DNA from: the human T2T-CHM13v2.0 reference genome, Homo sapiens
Assembly: GCF_009914755.1 (NCBI RefSeq)
Contig: NC_060926.1
Length of the DNA stretch: 64,000 nucleotides
Reading direction: 5' to 3' (one strand)
The position numbers were made by a program, and so were the translations under genes. Below are positions 48,822-64,000 of the stretch, one piece after another (position 1 is the first letter of the stretch; every line of letters starts with the position of its first letter). The notes beneath the pieces were generated by a model. The model worked only from the letters and a program-made list of their open reading frames with translations. It searched no databases and was not told where the DNA came from.

Positions 48822-51544
48822 TAGGTGTTGTAGACCCTAGTTTGACAAATGAAGATAATGAGGCTCAGAATAATCAAAGATTTCCATGTGCTTTTATACC
48901 ACCAGCCGGTGACAGGCCAAATATTTAAATCTATGTGTCCATTTTTTTTTTTTTTTTTTTACTTTTAGGTAGCATTGTTTTTGTAATTATAAAGTATGTT
49001 CTTAATCCATGTTTTCTGAGAAGACGGTTTCCAAAAACTATTTCACCCCAAAATTTCTCAATTTCTGTCATTTCTAATGGGCTTTTTTGTTCTTTAACCA
49101 TTTCTGTGGCAGAGTGCTCTGAATGGATTTCCTGCTTCTGCTGATCATTGAAAGCTTTCTCTTTTGCACACTAAACATGGCAGCATTTGTTGTTAGGGAT
49201 GCAATTCAGCTGACAATATACATCTCTGAGAAAGACAATGGAGAAAGGTAGAAATGTGCTGTGTTAATTTAACATTAGCAGTGTTATAGTTGAGAATACT
49301 GGCATTTGAGTGCATAAAAATGTTTCTGGCTATCGCTAAACCTTATTATTTACAATTCATTACTTATGAGTTGAGTCCTGGTATTCAATGTGCACTCTGC
49401 CAATTGCATTGTATCAAATTTCATAAAAGAAGGCAGTAAACATACAGATACCTGTTGCACAGTCCCCTAGAAGCCAATCCTCTGTGTAGTGCTCTATGAA
49501 ATTCTGTTTTGATTAGGTTGTTACATCTGGGACAGAACTGCAAATAGCGTTTGGCGGAGGAAAAATGTGGTCCTGTATAATGCTAAGATTAAAGTCTGTC
49601 CAATAATACAAGCATGTCAGCCGGGACAGGTCCTGTATTTATAGTGGAAAGGCCACTGAGTGAGGATTCATCACACAAGTTCAAGGGAGGTAGTGTCAAT
49701 TACTTTGGGGCCTTTTGTGATAACACTGGATGGACCACTGAGAAAGCGCCATATTTAATCTATTTCCTGCTTAAGCGGACAAAGAACTAGTAAATACAAT
49801 AGGAAATAATCCCATCCGGGCAGAAGGCAGAGAGGAAGAAGATGGGCAAAAATGACCTCATGTTGTAGATCCTCCACACTTCTAATTTTTACGACCCTAT
49901 GATGTGAGAATCTAATTAATAAGGTGACTTCTCTGAGTATTTCATGCTCTGTGCCTTACGTAACTCTTTCACATGGCAAGTTATATGACTTCAACTGCCA
50001 TGCAGATAAATAAGGTAAGCAATGAGGGAATAAATGTAATGGGTTCATGAATTAATGGTTTTGAGCAGGGGCACATTCTCAGTGATGGACCATGTTCTGA
50101 TGTCTTATGTATTTGCTATCCTAGAGCAGAATGACTTCTCCAATTAATTAGTCTCTTGATCAAGCACTGTCTGGTTGTATGGGTATGTGAGAAAGCAAAT
50201 AAAAAGCTGTGTGTAAAATAATCACACACTGAAAGGAGATTCGCTATATTTGGTACTTATACACCATGCATGAGGAACTTTGTAACAGGTCAGATTATCC
50301 ATCAGATTTACAGATCTAATAAGCATAAGTGACAGATCCTGCATGTGACCACAGGTGGGAACAGCTGGTGGGTACTTGCCAAAATGCAATACATTTAACC
50401 AGCTGCCAGTGGAGCTTGCCAAAGCAGGGTCACCATGGAGCAGCTGGTCTTCTGGGTATGAAGCTAAAAATCTGTCACTAGTACTTCCCAATTGTCACTT
50501 GCTAGCTAACCTTCCAGCAGGACCTTACTTAACAGGATAGGCAGTGTGGTGGCGGGGAGGAAAGTTCAAATTATTCTCAAGCATCACCATGTCCAGGAAA
50601 TGTCTTTGGTCAACAAGAGGGCTGTTACTCCAACTGTGGCAGTGCACTTGATTGAGGCACCATGATCACCAACAGCATCAAGCTGTTTTTTCCTAATTGC
50701 AGTTCCTTTTACAAGGATCTATTACTAGGGAAACTTCAGAGGTGATGGTCTTCTTAAACAAGAGAATCTGGAGACCTCCAAAGACGATAATCATGGCTCT
50801 TTGACAAGAGTTGGATTTTCTAGGGTTAGATAATTAGCTTACACCTTGATATAATGTGGCATTAAGTATAAAATCTGTTTGCTGTACATTACAAAGTACA
50901 TTACAAAGCACATCCATTACACAATTCACATCCCAACCATCTTACCACCTCCTCCTGCTTTCAGTTTTCACTCCTGCAACTCCATAGTATCGTTTTCTCA
51001 GCCCAATTTGACCCAAATGATAATTTAAATACAGATTTGTATACTATAATTAATAACATGTCTTGCTTTCTAGTGATATAATGACCAATACACATTATGT
51101 CACATGTCATATAACACATCCTTTGTTTCTTTTTGACTTAAATGGAGTTTCCTTCTACTCCAACAGGAATTTACATAAATTATTCTAATCAGGTGTCTTT
51201 TATAACCAATTACCTCTAATGGAATATAATACAGGAGCAGAGAGCTGACAATCTCTCTATGCCAACTGTACTTAAAATAGAACCGTGGTGTCCTTTGTCC
51301 CAGTGTGAATTTTTCTTAATTTCTGTGAAGCCATTGTGTCAGAAGTTTTCATAGGACTAACATAATAATAATAATAGGTTCTGTATTCATTTTTAACTGG
51401 CACACCTCTATCTTTTTGCATATTCTGCTCCCTCTGCCTGGATTACAGAATGTGCTGTCCTTACCTGAGACCAGACAAACTAAAAAACTTCATTTCCTGC
51501 TACTCCTCCATACATTGGGCAAGAGTTACTCAGGGTTCCTCCAA

Positions 51545-52012
51545 CACTGCAGCAGATAGTAATTGTCCCTTATAATACATACTTTCCTTCCTCCTTTCCA
51601 TAATAAAATCCCTTGAGTTTTAACTGGCTGTGGTGGCCCACTTAGCAACTATATTTCTCAGCCTTCAATAAAATTTGGTGTGATTAATTCAGCAAACGGG
51701 ATGTGAATGGAAGTGATGTGAACAGTTTCTCAGATGTGCCATTTCAATAAAAAATCACCTATGTTTTACTTCTCTGTCTCCCTAACTGTGGGCTGGGTCA
51801 GAGCCCTAGAGCTGGTGATTGCTGGCAAATAGCAAGCAAAGAAAGATGGAATCTGAACCCCTGATGACCTCACAGAGCAGAAATCTCTACTGGCTTCAGA
51901 CTGCCCACCTACTTCTGGACAGAGAAAGAAATATATTGCTATCTTGTTTGAATTACCCCAATGTTGTCTCTTCATCAAAACAGCTTAACTTTATTCCGTA
52001 GCTAATGTATAC
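51545..52012 (+). mobile_element. MLT1 (J-like) MaLR LTR relic
   Basis: 'actatatttctcagcc...gggatgtgaatggaagtgatgtg...aaagatggaatctgaacccctgatgacc...cagcttaactttattccgtagctaat'. Confidence 0.65.
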
Positions 52013-53134
52013 CTTCCTTCCTTCTTCCTGTGGCCACTTATGGCCACAACTTTGTTCCTGCCATTTTCTCTTCTTGAAATGTTGTTAAATATCTAGTGAA
52101 TAACTACTTCTGCTTGTAGGCACTGATCATGTTATACCCTTTTCAAACTTCACTGACTATTTGTCAGTGACAAATAATGTCATTGATTTCTGATAGAACC
52201 CAGATCCTGGAGAAATAGGTACAGAGCTAAGTTGTCCCTGCTAAATCCTCTAGTGAAATAATAGCCATGGAAGTGTTGGAGATCTCAAGGGTATAAGATT
52301 AGGTTGGAGGACGTTTGGGACCTTCAAGGGTTAGGGTGTCCCAGCCATAGCTGGAGATTGGACTTACTCCTGAGAAGACTGTTAGTTGGTGAAGAGAAAC
52401 AGTAGTCCTGATGGACTTGAAAGTTCCCTGCATAGATTTAATGATAGTGAGGGATTTCCATTCCAGGTCTCTGGACTCCTTGCCTGCATCTGGAGACTTT
52501 ATAGCTAAAAGTCCTCAATATTTTCCCTTCAGGACTTCAAACTCAACTCTTTTTTTCACCCATTCAATCCAAGATTCTCTGAACTATAGAAGACGGCAAG
52601 TCCAAAACTGTCAAATAAATTAGGGTGTCACAAAACAGGACTGATCTTTCCAATTAGAGATCCTCCTTTATTCTATTTATTAGCCAAAGGAAGGCATCAG
52701 GAAATTTCGTAACCCAAATGACAATCTCCCATTGCGCAAGACACATCTAGAATCAGGCTTCAATTTGTCTAACCTTTTTGATCAAAATGAGTTTTTATTT
52801 AGCCCGACTATTTAGCTTAATGGAAAAAGGAGGCTCTCTGGATTTGGTTCAGGAGCCTGGGATTCGTCAGTTGTGAGAAGGCATCTGAATCACTAGCACA
52901 CTGAGGCCATGGGATAACTTCTTATTCTTCTAAAGAAGAGTGCAGAGGGCTCAGCAAGAGGGCTGGAGAGCCTGAAGAACTCTTGGGAAGTGTTTTCTCA
53001 TGCCAGAGGGCCTTGGCTTCAGATTCAGACAGTCAGCTTTTCTGCTTGGCAGAAATCAGGTCCGTGGTTACCTGGAAACTAATTGCTCTTTTTTTTTTTT
53101 TTCTTCCATCTACTGGGCAGTCTTCTCAATGCAA

Positions 53135-53335
53135 TAAATCGTATTTTTAGTTCCTGAAATCCTCAGCAATCTTACGAAGTGGGTACTGTTATCAACCCCA
53201 TTTTATAGATAAGAAAACCGAAGGACAGGGATGTTTTATAAAAACCTGCCCAAAAAGAAGTATAGAGATAGTAAGGAGTAGGCATAGGATTTCAACGCAA
53301 GAAGTCGATCCCAAGTATATGCTATTAGCATCTGC
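53135..53335 (-). mobile_element. MIR
   Basis: 'atcctcagcaatcttacgaagtgggtactgttatcaaccccattttatagataagaaaaccgaag'. Confidence 0.75.
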
Positions 53336-53609
53336 ACTGCAGTTACCAAGGTCATTTTCTGTGACTAGGCTCAAAAGTGGGTCTGTTGGAACAATAAAGA
53401 GACATGCCAAGAGGGAAGCCAGGTCCCAAGTTGTGCTTCAAGGATGACATCCAACGCTGTAATTTCCCAGGAGCTTATTGATCTGGTTTTCGGAGTTTTA
53501 AAGGAAGGACATAATGGCACCCATGAACCGTGAGGTTCTTTGTGAATCACTGTCTGTAGTTGTCTTCTTGGTTTACTTGCTTGCTTTCTCTTCAACAGCC
53601 TTCTGTCTC

Positions 53610-54565
53610 ATTTCTTGAGTGACCAAGTGGATCAAATCAATACGAGTATCACCTTCCTAACTGGACTCTCTCACTTTCACTCACAAACCACTCCCATCTT
53701 TCTTGTGCTGCCAGAGTGACACCTTCTAACACACTCTGATTAGGTCATCCCACTCCTGAAAATGTTTCCATGGACTTCAAGCCTTTATATTTCAAACTCC
53801 TTGGCTTGGCACACCAGGGCCATCACAATTAGAATCCACTTAGTTTTCTAGGCTCATCTCCGATAGGTCCCCACTTTCCCTCCCATGCCACACTCCCACC
53901 TTCATCCTTATACTTCAACTAAACTAAAGCACTCTCAGCCAGACATGCTGTGAATATCTCCAGAAGCACCACAGATTAGTCCACTGCTTGCAACTTGCAT
54001 ATACATCCTTTCCCCACTCCCATTCCCCAACATCTTTTATGAAGCTATTACTCACATTTTAACATCAGTTCGAATATTACCAGTTCTCTTTCTTTAGAGC
54101 CATCATGACCAACTGGTTCACCTGCTCCTCCCCTAAAGTCCGATCACTCCCCATGAAAAGGACAGACCCTGGAATAAGACTATAAGGTTTCAATACCATA
54201 ATTAAGAAGTATATAAGCATTATGAACTTGGGCAAAAATGTTAGATTAAGTGCATAAGACAGGGCTACTGAAGAGATTTTTTGTGTCGAATTCTTGCGAA
54301 CAGTAAATGTTACAGAACATGAAAGGCACTGAGCTTGGTGCCAAGCATACAGCAAGCACTTGAGAAGTGCTAGCTGTTATGAGCGTCATCCTCATCATCC
54401 TATTCATCTCACTGTTGGGTGATTGCTTGTCTTCTTGTGCTTGTCTTCTTCTCTACATGTATATTTGTTGAGGATACTATCTGTGTAATTGGATTTTATA
54501 TCCCTAGCACCTGGCACAGTGCCTACCACATAACAGGTGCTCAATAAACACTTATTGAATGAATT
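53610..54565 (+). mobile_element. L2 3' region with intervening MIR-like segment
   Basis: 'ctgccagagtgacaccttctaac...ctgattaggtcatcccactcctgaaa', 'tccctagcacctggcacagtgcctaccacataacaggtgctcaataaacacttattgaatgaat'. Confidence 0.75.
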
Positions 54566-55466
54566 ATAACTCAATTATCTGCCATCTGGTTTGTCCGAAG
54601 CCACATATATTAGTATCTAGCCTACTGCTCCATCATTCCGTCATCCCATCTTCCTTTACATTTAGGGAAAAAGGAGTTTATTTTGCATTTCCTCCTGGAC
54701 TCAGGTTACATAGGAATGCTGCTCTGTTCTCACTGCCTGATTACATTGGGTTTCAGAGAATTTGGCTGCTGGGAACCCCCTAGAAATTCAGGACTGCTGT
54801 TTTTCCCCAAAGTGATGCTGCTGGTACTCTGCTAGCCTCAAAGCGAGTGTGACCTGTGGAAGCCACAATTTCCTTCCCTGTCTTATCTTAATAGCAGGAA
54901 CATTCCATCTATTAACTCCCTAAGATGTCAGTAACACACCCTATTATAGAAAATAAATTTTCAATAACAAAGGGAGCTTATTTCACAGCATGAAGGATAA
55001 CAGCAGATATTACTATTCCTGAAGTTAATTCTCTGTTTTCTCATTACTGGCCATTTCTCCTAGGAATCAGCTGTCTGACACACTGCAATGTTGCTGCGGC
55101 TGCTCACCTTTATTTCCGACTCTTCTCATTTCTCCAGGACCACAGAACCCCGCCTCTTTTCTCTTATGCTTTACAGAAAAACATTCCCCAGTTCCTATTT
55201 ATTTGCTATGCAGAGTTTTTCATAACCAAAACAACCATTAACATGCTTTCCTAAATAAAAGAGCAGTCTCTGCTCAAAATCTCACCTTTGGTAACACAAA
55301 GAATCAAAACAAGCTTTGGAATTACATTAAGGGATTTGAATATCTAACAACAAATAGTCTATCAATCTCTCTAAATGGAAGAGAAAGCAGAAAAGCTGAC
55401 TGTCTGAGTATGAAGCCACAGCTCTCTGGCTTTGTGCAGAGCAAACTCCATGGGCAGATTTTTTTG

Positions 55467-55660
55467 CTCCTCTCCTCCTCTCCTCCCCTCCCCTCCCTCT
55501 TCCCTCCCCTCCTCTCCTCTCCCCTCCCCTCCTCTCCTCTCCTCTTCTCTCCTCTCCTCTCCTCTCCTGTCCTCTCCTCTCCTACCCTCTCCTACCCTCC
55601 CCTCCCTCTTGCCCTCCCCTCCCCTCTCCCTTCTCTCCTTTCCTCTCCTCTCCTCTTTTT
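55467..55660. repeat. (CCTCT/CCCCT)n polypyrimidine tract
   Basis: About 190 nt, almost purely C/T pentamer-like repeats. Confidence 0.95.
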
Positions 55661-55700
55661 ATTTTTCTGTGAAGAAGTATTAAATAGAATAGAGAGTAAA

Positions 55701-58178
<2,478 letters not shown>

Positions 58179-59542
58179 AATAGCCAAGGAACACAGCTCA
58201 GACTATGAAGGTAGTCTTGTACAAAATGCCAATGCTCATTCTCATTTTAAAAATAGTTGTTAGCAGTGTAATATCTAACTCCAGAAACCTGTGTTATTGT
58301 ATGTAGAGCTCAGGTGGGGAGTTGGGCTGGGAGTGGAGGTATTGAGCATGTTTGTCTGTACAGAAGTAGGTGTGGAATGGCACTGCTCTAGGTAAGCCTG
58401 TATGAAATATTGATAAAGGAAAGTTGGGCTGAAATTTGTCATTGTATCAAATACTGGTTATGTTACTAAACATTCCTATCATTGCTATTGTGGCATGCCT
58501 ATGGAGTCTCCAAAGTTTTATAAAATAGACTCTTAGTTCAAATTCCTGTCATGTCTTTTCAGCCATAGAATCTGCAAAAAGCAGGGTGGAGGTGGAGACA
58601 TAAAAATGACTCCTCTCGTTCCTCAGTGTTTGTGGGTGAATTCTATGACCTAAGTTTCCAGGAACCTCCATGTAGCCACAATTACTGAGATGAATAGAGA
58701 ATAATCCTCATTTGTTTGGACTTTCCCCACCTACCTGCCATCCCCAGACTCTTTGGCTCATCTTTGAGACTTTGTCCTTTTTTTCTTTTCTAGGGTCTTT
58801 TTTTAATTTCCTAGGTTTCAGCCATTCCATTTCATTTGGATGTTAGGAGATAAACTATTCAAATCCTGAAGTTGGAATATTCACTAGACAACCAGACATT
58901 TCTCACTAACAAGTGATTTTATGCTAAAAGCATCTCTCCTACATAGTCCAAATAATCCTCCAACTGAGGGCTGGTCAAATTCCCCCTTGATTAACTTTTT
59001 TCTTCTGTTACCCTAAGTATGGTGCATTCCATGCCTCAAAAGTGGAGCAATATATAGCATGAATGAATAGAACCTCTGCCTTCCACAATGGGAAAGCCAA
59101 GGCACCTCCTTCCTCACTCTCTTTCACCACACCATGATAGACCTGGGTCAGGTCAACCATCTGGACAGTGCTTCAGGCAAATTGTCCAATGGGAGACTGA
59201 GGTATTGAGACAGCACTTGGCAAACCACCTACTACTATTCTTGCTGTGACTATTCCTAGGGCTTCTATTGAAAGAAAGTAACAATGTGGTCTCAACCTGG
59301 AAAAGGAGATCAGGTGGAATGGATTTTATTTTTGGCTACTGTATAACAGCATTCCACAAAAAGCATAACTTAAAGGATTTCCTCATCTGCAAAGTGACAA
59401 AAAGCATTTGAGATGATCTATGGTATGGAGATGAGATAAGGAAATTGGAGAAGGGAGTATGGTTGAGCTGAATGTTGAGAGTGGGTGCCTACTGCCAATG
59501 CAAATGCTCTAGAGTGCAGCTCTCTCTATGGTAGATTAAGTA

Positions 59543-59768
59543 CAGTGCAAAGTCAGTAATCTGAACATCCTTTATTTGAACTGTCCCATTATTCAAATGA
59601 CTCCCTAAAGCCAAGTTCCTTTATCTTTTATGCCTTGACATGCTGAAATTGAACATTTCTTTCATTGTTCTGTCTCTTTTTTTAAATCTTCAAACTATAT
59701 TAGTCAAACCCACTGCATGCCTGAGTACCTTTGAGCCCTGATTTGTTTGGATAATTGAGCTTCCACTG
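59543..59768. mobile_element. Old Tigger-type MITE
   Basis: TA-flanked imperfect ~25-bp TIRs: cagtgcaaagtcagtaatctgaaca vs the reverse complement of the right end, cagtggaagctcaattatccaaaca. Confidence 0.6.
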
Positions 59769-59974
59769 TAGCTTTGAATCTAAAATGTGATGATAGCCAT
59801 ACTCAGAAGTTTTCCACTAGATGGAAAGTAGAAAGGAACTGGGACAGGCCAGCAAGCAGGATGAATTCTGCATTCAAGGAGGGAGTTTGCACCCCTGTAG
59901 TCACATATATGATTACAGTCAATCAGTAAGTTCTTCATTTATTGAGGCTACTGTATATAAGCAACTGTCTGTGA

Positions 59975-60215
59975 GGGAATATGGTGTAGAGGTTAGCATT
60001 GATGTGAGTCTAAATCCAAGGTGTACCACCAACTAACTGGTGACCTTGAGTAAGTTACTTCGTCTCTCCAAACTTCAAATTCCCCATTTGTAAAAGAGAA
60101 ATAAAAATAACCCTATCCACATCATTGGGGTTGACTAGAATAAATGGAATGCATGTACTTAGCATAAGTTTGTGAACCTAGAAAGTACTTAATAAACATT
60201 AGCTATTATTACTGA
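59975..60215 (+). mobile_element. MIR
   Basis: 'gtgaccttgagtaagttacttcgtctctcc...ccccatttgtaaaagag...gaaagtacttaataaacattagctattatt'. Confidence 0.8.
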
Positions 60216-60344
60216 AGGCAAAGAAGATTTTAAAGTATAAGATCGTGGCAATATCTTCAAAGGGTTTGCAAGCTATACTGAAAGTTCCCATGTAACACAA
60301 CGTAACACAAACGTGTGCACACACAAAAACAGATCAATGTATAA

Positions 60345-60545
60345 TAAGAGCCAAACCCTGGTTCTGACATTCCACGTTGTGGGAACTTGGAAAAGTTGCT
60401 TAACGTCTCAGCATCTCAGTGACTTCAGGTACAAAATGAAAGTAATAATAGTGCCTCCATCACAGAGTCTTAGGGAAGATTAAATAAACTGGTATATATG
60501 CAAAGTGCATGGAAGAGTGTGTGGCATGTAACAAGTGTCCACAGT
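60345..60545 (+). mobile_element. MIR
   Basis: 'gggaacttggaaaagttgcttaacgtctcagcatctcagt...aaaatgaaagtaataatagtgcc'. Confidence 0.75.
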
Positions 60546-60944
60546 AATGTACAGGTGGGGGTCGTGGCACAGAGAGGATGTGTGTGAGGGCATGAGAAGA
60601 ATAGGGGTTGAGTGGTGAGAAGCAGAGCATGATCCGTAAGGGTTGATCACATTTGGATGGGAAGGAAAAAGAACATTCTAAAGTGGGAAGGGCATGATAT
60701 CATTTGCTGGATGATGTTGAATACATCTTCAGCTGTGTTGCTGTCACTGGGCAAGGACGTTTTTCCTCCAAAAATCCAGTTCTATAGTAATGCCGTTTCC
60801 CATATGGCCCCTCCAACAGATGTGTTTTTGAGGTTGTTTGTAACTTACTCATTTGTAAGTAAATTGAGAAACTCAGTGATATTGTCACATTTGTAAATTT
60901 GATGATTGTAGACTACTCTCCTCTTTGTGAATATGCTCTCCATT

Positions 60945-61690
60945 TTAAGCCCTGAGGACCTACTTTCTCCTGGTTCTCTTGCCTGGCCTCTGATTGCTCC
61001 TGCTTGGTCTCCTTCATTGTATCCTCAGATAGAATCCACCCCTTAAATGTCAGTGGCTCCTGGGTGTCTGTCCTTTTTCCCTCCATGGCTCCCCATGCAT
61101 GTTTTCTGTGAGTGAATGAATTCATCCCCATGACTGGACTGCCAGGCCATGCTGATGTCACCTACCATTAATGTCTTCAGCCATAATATCTCTCTACACT
61201 TCCATATCCATATTGCAAACTGATCACTGGACATCTTCACCTGGTTCTCCTAAAGACAGTAAACCTATCATCAGAGGTGAGTTGCCTTAGAAAACTACCA
61301 TCCCTTCCTCCTTCCACCTGCCCAATATGTGCTTCTCCTCTCTCTTGGGATGATTAACATCATCACTGCCTTTCTGTCTTTTTACTAGAAATTCTGATAC
61401 CTCCATTCCCATATCTACTTGTTCAATTACTGAGTTCTGAAACTTTCTCAAGACTAGTTCTCTCGTCCCCTTTTCTTGCCACTGCCTCAGCTAAGGCCAG
61501 CATCATCTCTCTACTTGGTTTGAGAGCTGTCCCTTGCACAAATCTCTTTCTATTGTCAACCCTCTTTTACAGATTTGCAGTCTTAGCTTCTTAGAAAGCA
61601 AATCTGCAACTGCGACTCTTTTGCTCAAATACTTATCTTGGCTCCCTATTGCTTGGAGGTTAAATCTAGATGCCTCTGGTCTTATCTTGG
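60945..61690 (+). mobile_element. L2 relic
   Basis: 'ccacccccttaaatgtcagtggctcctgggtg'-like, 'catattgcaaactgatcactggacatcttcacctgg', 'cttgccactgcctcagctaaggccagcatcatctctc'. Confidence 0.7.
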
Positions 61691-61929
61691 TCCAGGCTGG
61701 TGGTCTCCTGGGCTGGCTAAAACAGATATTGCCATCAGGATGGAGCAACATTTTATTTTAGTAGAATCCTATGCTTTTTTACTTCTTGTTTCACAATGTC
61801 ATAACTTATGAATGGCCATAGCACAGGTTATAAAGAGACAAATGACCTTGTATGTTGTGTGAAAAGCATATGCCTGAGGTGTCCAAAGTATAATTTGCTT
61901 TATGGGAATTCACTCCTCAGATGTTGGCA

Positions 61930-62350
61930 TCTACCCTGCTCCTCATATTCATTGGCTTAAGTCAAGAGGGAACATTTATTGGGATGTCCTAAATAAATAG
62001 TCTAAAAAGTGGAGTAGGCTTTAGGCATGCTGCATTCAGAGGTTCAGTGGAGGTCTTAGCACTTTTTATCCATCTCTGGGCTCTTTTAGGTTTCAGTCTC
62101 AGACAGGTTTTTCCTATGTGGCCTCCAGATGGCCACTGGCAGCCCTGAACCATGTGATTGGCAAAGATTATGATTCCATGGGCACAAGGAAAATCAATTG
62201 GCTAGACTTGAGCCACATATCTGCTGCTATAGGTTGAGGTTTCAAGCCCAGTCCTACTCAAACCAAGTAGATTGAGCAGAATTTTTTTGAGAGAGTGAGG
62301 TGAGGGGTGGGAGTAGGCAATAAGAATGGCTTTTCAGTAAAACAGACAAA
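61930..62350 (-). mobile_element. MLT1 (K/J-like) LTR relic
   Basis: 'ggcttaagtcaagagggaacatttattggg...gtaggctttaggcatgctgcattcagaggttca...aattggctagacttgagccacatat'. Confidence 0.55.
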
Positions 62351-64000
62351 CTATATAAGCCCACTATTCCTTCCAACCCACCCTTTCTTCCCCATTCATT
62401 ATGAGATGCGAAACTGCCAAAATTCAGGCATGATAGGATTGGGAAATGTTAAAGACAGAGATTACTGAGCCAGGGAACTGGTGTGGCAGACATTTTTCAT
62501 AAGGTGGCTTACTGCTAAGATCTTCAACAAAGGTTCAGCTACAACTTTGATTCTGAATTAGCTTGTCCTTTTCCTAATCTCAGTGAATCTAATCTTTGGA
62601 ATCATTGTCCCAGAATTTTCCCACAGACTTTGCAATAACATGCTCGGATTTCTTAAGGCAGTTATGATTTTAAGTATTGTGTTCCACGGCCGCTTGTCAG
62701 AACACAAAAGCCAACTGGGAGTTCAGAAAGTAAGAGGCATAAAGATTCCCTTCTTTGATTTTCATTTACCTCACTCAAGTCTTTGGTGGCCCCAGAAACA
62801 CCACCCTCCCCATACGTGGGAGCTAGAAAGCAGAAATAGTGCAGAGATTGTCTGCTATGTAAATCAATGAGAGCGTGGGTGAATCTCCCATAAAGAAATA
62901 GACCGAATGATGTTAAACTGAAAGGTAACGAGGGAGGAGGAATGATCATTTGTAAAGAGAAAAGTGTTGAAGTCTCTTTTGCCTGGCAAACATAAATACC
63001 CTAAAGAATAGAAAACTGTGGGTGGATGTGGGGCCTACTTAATGTGAATCCTACATCAGGCGTTTGTAGGTGATATAAAACTCTGATGTGCTGTAAAATT
63101 TATATCGCTCCCCAAAATGATGTACTGGTAGAACATATAAATTTTGCAGAAACTGTTAAAGCTGTCATAAAACCTCATTACTACAGATACAGTATGTGTT
63201 TCAGAAATACACACCAAAGCAGAGATTTGTAATCATTTCAGTGTGGTTCATAAAAAGAAGCACATTGTGTTTCAACATCCAAGACACTGCAAAGATTCCC
63301 TACCTCCAAAGGCCTGTTTTATCTTACTTTGCATACTTAAAAAAGAGACAAGCAGAGACAAATAAACAGCCTAAATATTTAAACGCATGCATTTCCTTAT
63401 ATGCCCAGTTTGTTAGAAAGGTGGGAGTAAATGATTATTTTATTACCAAGTTCACATAGAGTTGTTGGCTCCGTTTAATAATAGTCAATCTTGTTCAGGC
63501 TGAACAAACTGGTCCCTGTTGGGGGGAAAGGCAGCAATAAATCAATACCCCAGATGTAATCTTGGTGTCTAAAATGCAGAGAGAGATTTTGGTGTATAAT
63601 GGCACTGGTTTGTCTATTGTCATTCAGACACAAGCTGCATCAGAAAAGGGCTTGTGGGAACCTGATAAGAGGTGGTCAAAAGTGGGCCATAAATCACAGA
63701 GAGGCAGTATTCTGCTGATTTCATACACACACACTTTCTGGGGGGATGAAGTGATATATCTGCAATTTACTGCTTATCAAATTTGCTAGAAGTTTCATAA
63801 TACAAAAGCCTGACTTTCAGTGAATAAACACCATGGTTGACTACGAGCTTCTGCTGAGTAAGTATGGCACTCCAGCCATCTAGCTGGGAAAGCCTTTTGA
63901 TGACCTATTTAACAAACTCCCTTTGATTGTGAGCCATGCAGTAGAGAGTTTTACTCATGAGCACCTCCTTGAACAAGGAGCCAATGGTATTTATTGAAAG

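Noticed and set aside
50884-50907. Short tandem duplications (gtacattacaaa x2; also ~54424-54450 and ~60292-60312)
   Set aside because: Ordinary slippage-scale duplications with nothing pointing to function

Overview
Primate (most likely human) non-coding DNA, AT-rich and dense in interspersed repeats. I see no intact protein-coding gene, CpG island, rRNA, tRNA or CRISPR array. Most ORFs in the track are L1/Alu/Tigger remnants, microsatellite read-throughs or antisense shadows. Repeats include two large L1s (one near full length, one with a twin-priming inversion), younger L1PA 3' fragments with clear TSDs, several Alus, MLT2A and THE1/MST solo LTRs, a near full-length Tigger1, MER2/5A/20/53/81-94 MITEs, a hAT transposase remnant, and many MIR/L2/MLT1 relics. 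The main signal not explained by repeats is a ~1.8-2 kb minus-strand decayed coding sequence at ~31.1-32.8 kb. My hand translation across stops and frameshifts matches the repeat region and C-terminal motifs of the X-linked testis/acrosomal protein KIAA1210 (CRACD family), suggesting an old duplicate or retrocopy. Also noted: a 3'-truncated U2 snRNA retrocopy, a candidate LTR-initiated spliced non-coding transcript, several motif-rich enhancer-like unique segments and small mutational scars. Family calls come from recalled consensus sequences, not database searches; boundaries of old elements are approximate.
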